A stretch of DNA of 64,000 nucleotides from Thermoplasmata archaeon (lineage in GTDB: Archaea; Thermoplasmatota; Thermoplasmata; Lutacidiplasmatales; UBA184). The stretch is from positions 2,035 through 66,034 of the forward strand of contig JASHPY010000077.1 in assembly GCA_030037855.1 (NCBI GenBank), written 5' to 3'. The notes under the pieces were generated by a model, which did not search any database, was not told where the DNA came from, and was given only the letters and a program-made list of their open reading frames with translations. Of the stretch, positions 57,538 to 64,000 are shown one piece after another; position 1 is the first letter of the stretch; each line of letters begins with the position of its first letter. A program made the position numbers and the translations under genes.

Positions 57538-59961
57538 ATGTCCGGGTCCGATCCATCGCGGGGGGCGGCCGTGCCTCCGATATTCGGGCGGGGCGAGGCG
57601 GTGATCGAGGTCGGGCGCACGCTCGACCGCGCCCGCGCGGGAGCGGGTGAGGGGCTCCTCCTGTCGGGAGACGACGGGGCCGGGAAGAGCCTGTTCCTTC
57701 GGACGGCGGCCCAGCGCGCCCGCCACCAGGGTTTCCGGGTACTGATCGGCCGGGCCCTCCCCGAGGAGATCCCGCAGCCGTTCTCGCTGCTGCGCGACCT
57801 CGTGCGCCCATCCGATCGGTCCTCCCGCGGCGAGCGCTCGGGCGCCGGCCCTCCGGTGTCGCTCCCCGGATTCCTGCTGACCGTGGACGGCGAAGCCGGG
57901 GGCGGGACCCGCCCGCCCGCCGACGCCGGCGAGCCGACCCCGGTGTCCGAGGGTCTCGCGACCATGCTCGCGCCGATGGACAGCCCCGGTGACTGGGTCG
58001 GAACGGTCCGTCAAGAGCTCTACGCGAACCTCGTGCAGTACCTCGCCGAACGCGCGGTCGACGAGCCGCTTTTGGTCGCGATCGACGACCTCCACTTCGC
58101 GGACGCGGCGTCGATCGAGTTCCTCAGCCGGCTCGCCACCGAGCTCGGCCACCTTCCGATCGCGATGGTCGCGACCGTGGCGACCGGCACGCGGATTCCT
58201 GCCGGGGTCCGCGAGCTCATCGAGTCGCTCGCCCGCTCGACCACGGTGCGCACGGTGGCGCTCCGGCCGCTGAGCGCGGCGGAGGTGGCGGAGTTCGCGA
58301 AGTGGGTCCGTCGGGGGATCCCGGCCGATGCGGCCGACGTGCTCCGCTGGCACGCCCAGACCGACGGGAACCCGCTCTTCGTCGAGCAGCTCGTCCGCTC
58401 GACCACGGGGGTCGGGACCCGGCCCGAGCTCGAGACGACCGGCGGCACCGCGGGCCTCCACGAGATCCTCCTCGCGCGGGTCCGCGCGCTCGGCGAGACG
58501 GAGCGGCGGACCCTGACCTACGCCGCGCTCCTCGGGAAGGAGTTCGCCTTCTCGAACCTGGCCGCGATCTCCGAGATGGACGAGGAGCGTGTGACCGAGA
58601 CGCTCGACCGCCTGGTCGCGGGCGGCCTCCTACGGGAGAAGGGGGACGAGGTCTTGGAGTTCGTGACGGAGGGCGTGCGGGCCGGGGTCTACGCCGAGCT
58701 CACCGAGACCCGTCGCCGGATCCTCCATCGGCGCGTCGGGCGGTCGCTCGAGGAGAAGCGCCTCGCCGGCGACTCCGAACTCGCGCGCCAGTTCTACCTT
58801 GGCCGCGACGACGCGAAGGCAGCCGAGTACAACCTCCGGGCCGGCACGAGCGCGATGCGCGGGTTCGCGTTCGAGACCGCCGTGCCGCACCTCGAGCGGG
58901 CGCTCGAGGCGGAGCGGCGGCGATCCGACCGGAGCCCCGCCCGCGAGGTCCGGATCCTCGTCGACCTGGGCCGGTCGTTCGACGAGCTCGGCGACCTCCA
59001 CCGGTCGGAGGTCGCGCTCTCGGACGCGGTCCTGCTCGCGCGGACCCGACCCGAGCTCGACCCCGAGCTCGGTCGGGCGCTCCTCGCCCTGGCCCAGACC
59101 CGCCAGGACCAGAGCGAGTACCCGAGCGCGCAGGCGCTCGCCGAGGAGGCCTACGGCCGGCTCGAACGGGGCGGCGCGCCCCGCGAGCTGATGACCGCCC
59201 ACCGCGTCCTCGGGATCGTCGGCTGGCGACTCGGCCGCCTCGCGGACGCCGAGCGGCACCTTCGGCTCGCGCTCGAGATCGCCGAGAACGAAGGCACCGC
59301 GGTCGAGCGAGGGCACGCGATGGTGGACGTCGCGAACACGATGCTGCTCCGAGACGGGGCGCAGTTCGGTCAGGCGCTCGATCTCTACGAGCGGGCGGCC
59401 GAGCTGTTCGGCTCCGGGCAGGACCTCGCCGCGCGGGCGCGCGTGCTGATGAACCGGGCGGTGCTGCTCTACTCCTCGGGACGCCGTGAGGACGGCCTCG
59501 CGGGATTGGACCTCGCGATCGACGCCGCGGAGCGGTCGCGCTCGCCGGTCTGGATCGGCTACTGCTACCTCAACCTCGCGCTCATGCAGGCGGAGCTCGG
59601 GAACCCGGAACGGGCCCGGCCGGCGCTCGAGCGCGCCGACGGGCTCCTCACCCCCCTCGGGGACCGGCTCGCGCCCGAGCAGCTCGCGCTCGCGCGCGGG
59701 CTGCTCGCCGAGGCCGAGCGCGACTACGACCGGGCCGAGGGTCACCTCGCGGACGCGCTCCACCAGGCTCGGGAGCTGAACGCGGAGCCCGAGGTCTCGG
59801 AGATCCTCTTTCGGCTCGCCCACGTGGCCCTCGCCCGCGGCGACCGGGCCGGGGCCCGCGCGAAGCTCGCCCAGGCCCGGGCCGCCGGGCTCGACGCGAA
59901 CCGCAGCGACCTCGCCACGCGGGTCGCCGAGCTCGATTCGGCGCTCGCGAAGCCGGATTGA
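57538..59961 (+). CDS. STAND-class (AAA_16/MalT-like) NTPase with wHTH and TPR array, no effector domain
   Basis: IFGR, Walker A GDDGAGKS, Walker B LVAIDDLHFAD..S, L.PLS, GxP motif TDGNPLFVEQL, TPR repeats. Confidence 0.87.
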   Translation: MSGSDPSRGAAVPPIFGRGEAVIEVGRTLDRARAGAGEGLLLSGDDGAGKSLFLRTAAQRARHQGFRVLIGRALPEEIPQPFSLLRDLVRPSDRSSRGERSGAGPPVSLPGFLLTVDGEAGGGTRPPADAGEPTPVSEGLATMLAPMDSPGDWVGTVRQELYANLVQYLAERAVDEPLLVAIDDLHFADAASIEFLSRLATELGHLPIAMVATVATGTRIPAGVRELIESLARSTTVRTVALRPLSAAEVAEFAKWVRRGIPADAADVLRWHAQTDGNPLFVEQLVRSTTGVGTRPELETTGGTAGLHEILLARVRALGETERRTLTYAALLGKEFAFSNLAAISEMDEERVTETLDRLVAGGLLREKGDEVLEFVTEGVRAGVYAELTETRRRILHRRVGRSLEEKRLAGDSELARQFYLGRDDAKAAEYNLRAGTSAMRGFAFETAVPHLERALEAERRRSDRSPAREVRILVDLGRSFDELGDLHRSEVALSDAVLLARTRPELDPELGRALLALAQTRQDQSEYPSAQALAEEAYGRLERGGAPRELMTAHRVLGIVGWRLGRLADAERHLRLALEIAENEGTAVERGHAMVDVANTMLLRDGAQFGQALDLYERAAELFGSGQDLAARARVLMNRAVLLYSSGRREDGLAGLDLAIDAAERSRSPVWIGYCYLNLALMQAELGNPERARPALERADGLLTPLGDRLAPEQLALARGLLAEAERDYDRAEGHLADALHQARELNAEPEVSEILFRLAHVALARGDRAGARAKLAQARAAGLDANRSDLATRVAELDSALAKPD

Positions 59962-60000
59962 CCCCCGGAGTTTTAGCGCCCTCCGCGGTCGGCGGCGTCG

Positions 60001-60825
60001 ATGGCGGGGGTCCGCGGCGACTCGTACGCGACCCGGGATGGCTCGCCGCTGCCCGACCGGAGCGACCCCGGGTTCGAACGCGACGTGCGCCGAATGTTCA
60101 GCCACATCGCCCGGCGGTACGAATGGTTCGACCACGTCGCGTCGCTGGGGAGCGACCTACTTTGGCGCCCCCGCGCGCTCTGGGACCTCGACCGGTTCCG
60201 GCCCCCCGGACCGGTCGAGCGAGTGCTGGACCTCGGGTGCGGGACCGGGGAGCTGACCCGCCTCACCGCCCGCCGGTTCCCCTCGGCGACCGTCGTCGGG
60301 CTCGACTTCACGGCCGCGATGCTCGCGGTCGCCCGTCGCCGCGCCGACTCCGGCGCGACCCGCGTCGCCTACGCCCGAGGGACCGCGATGCGACTGCCGT
60401 TCGCCGACGGAGTGTTCGACCTCGTCACGAACGCGTTCCTCGTCCGGAACCTGGTCGACCTCGAAGCGGCGCTGCGCGAGATGCACCGGGTGCTCCGACC
60501 GGGCGGGGTCCTCCTGATCCTCGAGATCACCGAGCCGGTCGCACCCGCGTTCGGTGCGCTCTTCCACGCGTACTTCGACCACGTCGTTCCTTGGCTCGGC
60601 GCCGCGATCGACAGCGCGGGGCCGTACCGCTACCTTCCCGAGTCGCTCCGCCGGCTCCCCCCGCGGCCCGCCTTCCGCGCCGCGCTCGAGCACGCGGGGT
60701 TCGCTCGCGCGGAGCTTCGGACGCAGTCCGGGGGGATCGTCACGGCGTTCCTTGCGGAGGCCGGCGGCGCCACCGAGCCCCGACCGCCTACCCTACGTCG
60801 TCCGGCCGCCGCGGCCGGACCATAG
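60001..60825 (+). CDS. UbiE/MenG-family quinone biosynthesis methyltransferase
   Basis: V..MF..IA.RY, S.G.D..WR, VLDLGCGTG, LPF.D..FD, RVLRPGG, Y.YL.ES. Confidence 0.87.
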   Translation: MAGVRGDSYATRDGSPLPDRSDPGFERDVRRMFSHIARRYEWFDHVASLGSDLLWRPRALWDLDRFRPPGPVERVLDLGCGTGELTRLTARRFPSATVVGLDFTAAMLAVARRRADSGATRVAYARGTAMRLPFADGVFDLVTNAFLVRNLVDLEAALREMHRVLRPGGVLLILEITEPVAPAFGALFHAYFDHVVPWLGAAIDSAGPYRYLPESLRRLPPRPAFRAALEHAGFARAELRTQSGGIVTAFLAEAGGATEPRPPTLRRPAAAAGP

Positions 60826-60868
60826 CCGTTAAGTCGCTCCGCGCCCCGCTAGGAGTCCGAGGAGAGCG

Positions 60869-61984
60869 ATGCCGTTCGACCCGTTCCGATACGCCCACCA
60901 GCATCGGAACGAGATCGCGTGGCTGAGCCAGAACACGAACCATCTCGTGCCACCGGAGGTGATCGGGCCCGCGCTCGCGGAGGCGATCCGGGAGCGACGC
61001 TACGAGGGGTATCCGTACGGCCCCGGCGATCCCGAGCTCCTGGACCTCGTCGCGCGGGACTTCGGGCTTCCCGGTCAGCGCCCGTTCCTCACCGCCGGCG
61101 GGACCGAATCGCTTTACATGATCACGCGCGCGCTGCTCGCGGCCGGCGACGAGGTCGTCGCCTCCGACCCGAGCTATCTCATCATCCACCGGTTCGTCGA
61201 GCTCTCGGGCGCGCGGACGAAGAACCTCGACATCTACGCGCCGCCGTACCGGCTGACCGCGGAGCGGGTCCGGGAGGCGATCGGACCGAAGACCCGCATG
61301 ATCCTCCTGATCGACCCCTTGAACCCGCTCGGCTCGGGGTACCCGCGCGAGGAGGTCCGCGCGATCGCCGAGATCGCGCACGACCATCACCTCCTCTTGC
61401 TCAACGACGTGACGTACCGCGACTTCGCGGACGCGCCGGCCCTCGCCGCGGAGTACGCCCCCGAGTCGACGATCACGGTGTGGTCGGTCTCGAAGAACTG
61501 CGGGATCGCGGGGCTCCGGATCGGCGGATTCCTCGCGCCCCCCGAGCTCCTCGGCACGATCGCCCGGTTCAACACGAACGACCTCGGCGTGAACGTGCTG
61601 GCCCAGGTCGCGGCGATCGCCGCGCTCGGAACGAAGGGCGACTGGTTCGCCGCGGTGCGCCGGCAGACCCGCGAGAACGGCGCGCGGATCCGCGCGTGCG
61701 TCGACGGCGTCCCGGGCACGTCCCTTCCCGTCTACCCGTCGCAGGCGAACATGATGGTGATCGACGTCGCCCGTCTCGGGCTCTCCCCCGAGGCGCTGCA
61801 GCAGGAGCTGCTCGAGCGCCACGGCGTGTTCGTCCGGGCGGGGAACTACCTGTCGCCCGCGCACGGGAAGAAGTTCGTCCGCGTCTCGTTCTCGAACCCG
61901 CCGCGGGACATCGACCGGTTCGTCGCCGCATTCCCCGAAGCGGTCCGCGCGGTCGCGCACGGCGTCATCGCCCCCGCGGCCTAG
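60869..61984 (+). CDS. Class I/II PLP-dependent aminotransferase
   Basis: TAGGTE, DP.NPLG, D.TY.DF, SVSKNCGIAGLRIG (PLP lysine), R.S. Confidence 0.9.
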   Translation: MPFDPFRYAHQHRNEIAWLSQNTNHLVPPEVIGPALAEAIRERRYEGYPYGPGDPELLDLVARDFGLPGQRPFLTAGGTESLYMITRALLAAGDEVVASDPSYLIIHRFVELSGARTKNLDIYAPPYRLTAERVREAIGPKTRMILLIDPLNPLGSGYPREEVRAIAEIAHDHHLLLLNDVTYRDFADAPALAAEYAPESTITVWSVSKNCGIAGLRIGGFLAPPELLGTIARFNTNDLGVNVLAQVAAIAALGTKGDWFAAVRRQTRENGARIRACVDGVPGTSLPVYPSQANMMVIDVARLGLSPEALQQELLERHGVFVRAGNYLSPAHGKKFVRVSFSNPPRDIDRFVAAFPEAVRAVAHGVIAPAA

Positions 61985-62859
61985 GGTCGTGGCCGGGCGC
62001 GAACGTCGACGACGACGTGGGCGCGCCCCGGTCCGTACGGCTTGACCTCGCGGGCGAGCGGCGCCCCGATCACGTCCGCCCTGGCCGCCCGCACGCTCTC
62101 GACCGTCCGCTCGACCGCGCGCTCGAGCGCCGGCCGGGCGTCCTCGACCGTGTGCACATGGAGCCAGCCGCCCGAGGGGCGAAGCAGCGGGACGGCCCGG
62201 GGGATCCACGGCGTCGCGTCCGGCAGGTAGCCGAGGAAGACCCGGTCCGCGTGCTCCGGGGCGATCGCGACAGAGCGGTTGTCCCCGAGGCGGCCATCCA
62301 CCCGGTCCCCGACCCCGTTCCGGGCCGCGTTCTCGAGCAGGTAACGATACGCGATCGGGTTCTTCTCGACCGCGACCACCCGGGCGGCCGAGCCTCGGAC
62401 CGCGGCGGGGATCGCGAAGTAGCCGATCCCCGCGAAGAGGTCGACGACCTCCTCGCCCGGACGCACGAGGTCCCCCGCGCGTCGGCGTTCGGTCCGGTTC
62501 CCCGCGGCGAACATGACCTCCGCCGCGTCGAACCGCCAACGGACCCCGTGCTCGACGACCTCGGTCTCGGTGGTCTCGCCCGCGATCCGCTCGACCCGGG
62601 GGCGTCGCAGCTCCCCTTCGACGGGGCCGACCTGCGTGATCACGGTCGCGACGCCGAGCTCTTCCTGCCACGCGCGACCGAGCAGCGGAAAGTACGGACG
62701 CAGCCGGTCGGGGAGTCGGAGCCGGAGGACGCGGCCGAGTCGCTGGTAACCGCTCGGCATGCCGGCGGCGAGCTCGTCCCCCGCGACCGCGCGGAGGCGC
62801 TCGCGCACCCGCTCGGCGGGAGGCCGTCGGGGCCCCCGCACGCTCGCGGGCGGTGACAT
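61981..62859 (-). CDS. Trm5/Taw2 (TYW2)-family tRNA modification SAM transferase
   Basis: GELR.P, EHG....D...MF..GN..ER, VVDLFAGIGYF, EKNP, ADRV.LGY, VK.YGP...HVV.D. Confidence 0.88.
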   Translation of the reverse strand: MSPPASVRGPRRPPAERVRERLRAVAGDELAAGMPSGYQRLGRVLRLRLPDRLRPYFPLLGRAWQEELGVATVITQVGPVEGELRRPRVERIAGETTETEVVEHGVRWRFDAAEVMFAAGNRTERRRAGDLVRPGEEVVDLFAGIGYFAIPAAVRGSAARVVAVEKNPIAYRYLLENAARNGVGDRVDGRLGDNRSVAIAPEHADRVFLGYLPDATPWIPRAVPLLRPSGGWLHVHTVEDARPALERAVERTVESVRAARADVIGAPLAREVKPYGPGRAHVVVDVRARPRP

Positions 62860-62873
62860 CGGCGCGCGCCGGC

Positions 62874-63629
62874 CTACGCGGCGGGTCGCGCCGGGCCGGC
62901 CTCGAGGATGACCTCGAGGAACTGCTTGAGGTGCGCCGTCAGGATCGGGTTGTCGGTGAACCCGCACGCCTCGAGACCCGGTGCGGCGAGGAGCGCGTGG
63001 GCCCCGTCCGCGAGGACCTCGGTCGCGAGGAGGTTCTCGCGCGCGACGTACTCCACGCCCTCGGGAACGCGCTGGAGCGGGGCCGTGACGAACGTGACGT
63101 GGACGCCGCGCTTGACCGCGTGCTGGATCTTCTTCGTGAGCTCGTCCCGCACCTCCGCGACCTGCGGGGTCGTCAGGATGAACGTTGTCGCCGACTGGTC
63201 GAGCAGCTCGCCGATCTTCTGGACGACCTTGTCGTGGCCCGAGAGGAGGTAGACGAGCTGCGGCTCTCCGTGCTCCGCGACGACCCGATGGAGGTGCGCG
63301 AGCTTCTCGAACACTTCCTGGATCGCCGCCTTCAGCTGCTCGGCGACGTCGAGCGGCGCGGTCGGGCGGAAGAGGATCGGCTTCCCGCCGGTCGGCTCGG
63401 CGTACCCTTTCGCGGCGAGGGACTCGAGGACCTTGTAGGCGCTCGTCCGCGGGATCCCGGCGGCGGTCGCGAGCGTCGCGGCGTCGCCGACTCCCCGCGC
63501 GACGAGCGCGATGTACGCCCGGGCCTCGTACTGGGTGAGGCCGACCTTTCCGAGCACCTCGGCGGCGCGACGGAACTCCTCCGACGACTGGTTGCCGAGC
63601 GCGATCGCGGCCTCCTCGAACGTCGACAT
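62874..63629 (-). CDS. TrmB family transcriptional regulator
   Basis: GLTQYEARAY.AL, GIPR...Y.VL.SL..KG, KP..F, C-terminal PLD-like effector domain. Confidence 0.9.
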   Translation of the reverse strand: MSTFEEAAIALGNQSSEEFRRAAEVLGKVGLTQYEARAYIALVARGVGDAATLATAAGIPRTSAYKVLESLAAKGYAEPTGGKPILFRPTAPLDVAEQLKAAIQEVFEKLAHLHRVVAEHGEPQLVYLLSGHDKVVQKIGELLDQSATTFILTTPQVAEVRDELTKKIQHAVKRGVHVTFVTAPLQRVPEGVEYVARENLLATEVLADGAHALLAAPGLEACGFTDNPILTAHLKQFLEVILEAGPARPAA

Positions 63630-63687
63630 GCGCGTGCCGGGGGCGGACGGGGGGCGCCCGTCTTAACCCTGCGCCCGGGGCCGTCCG

Positions 63688-64000
63688 TCAGGGGACCGGG
63701 TCCGTGAGCCGGAGCAGCGCCGCGGGGCCGAGCAGCGCGTCGACCTCCGCCGCCGTCAGGAGCTTTCGTTCAACGAGGAGCTCCTTCACGGGACGGCCGG
63801 TGCGTTCCGACTCGTGGAGAAGCTCGGCGACCTTGAGGTAGCCGAGCTTCGGCGTGAGCACGGTCGCGAGCGCGGCGGACTCGGCCAGGAAGCGCTCCAT
63901 CCGGCCCGGGTTCGCCGTGATCCCGTCCACGCAGGTCCGCGCGAAGACCGGGAGGTAGCGGGTCAATATCTCGGCGGCGAAGAGGACCTCGTACGCGGCG
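63688..64000 (-). CDS. C-terminal part of a class II fumarase / aspartate ammonia-lyase (runs off the window end)
   Basis: F...CVDGI.AN......S.ALAT.L.P.LGY..A.......G..V.E. Confidence 0.8.
   Translation of the reverse strand, partial: AAYEVLFAAEILTRYLPVFARTCVDGITANPGRMERFLAESAALATVLTPKLGYLKVAELLHESERTGRPVKELLVERKLLTAAEVDALLGPAALLRLTDPVP

Noticed and set aside
1..64000. tRNA, rRNA, CRISPR array, transposase or integrase
   Set aside because: I saw no cloverleaf or T-loop context outside CDSs, no regularly spaced repeats and no DDE or tyrosine-recombinase motifs. A short element could have been missed by eye.

Overview
This is a gene-dense, very GC-rich archaeal chromosome segment, most likely from Thermoplasmata. 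The archaeal evidence is the rpoE1-spt4-DUF359 operon, type II GAPDH, archaeal-type ProRS, DUF373, TrmB, Taw2/Trm5, a thermopsin and a class III-signal pilin. A high-GC soil or peat lineage is my inference. About 0-46 kb is an accessory stress, detoxification and peptide-use region: VOC, GNAT, DinB, MBL and CMD proteins, two DNA glycosylases, TetR/MFS, PadR, ABC exporters, peptidases, a class III cyclase and a cNMP-binding protein. About 46-64 kb is mostly housekeeping. I found no tRNA, rRNA, CRISPR array or transposase. Best leads: (1) a tandem pair of effector-less STAND/TPR paralogues, one lacking the NTPase domain and both lacking the usual wHTH histidine; (2) a coupled AT-hook-like protein plus nucleotidyltransferase pair (type IV TA-like) behind the most AT-rich tract I saw; (3) a membrane-anchored protein with a FYVE/rabphilin-spaced 8-Cys finger; (4) an unannotated 40-aa C2H2 microprotein, a zinc-finger gene between mobA and fdhD, and several palindromic operators. 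All family calls come from motif recognition by eye; no database search was run.
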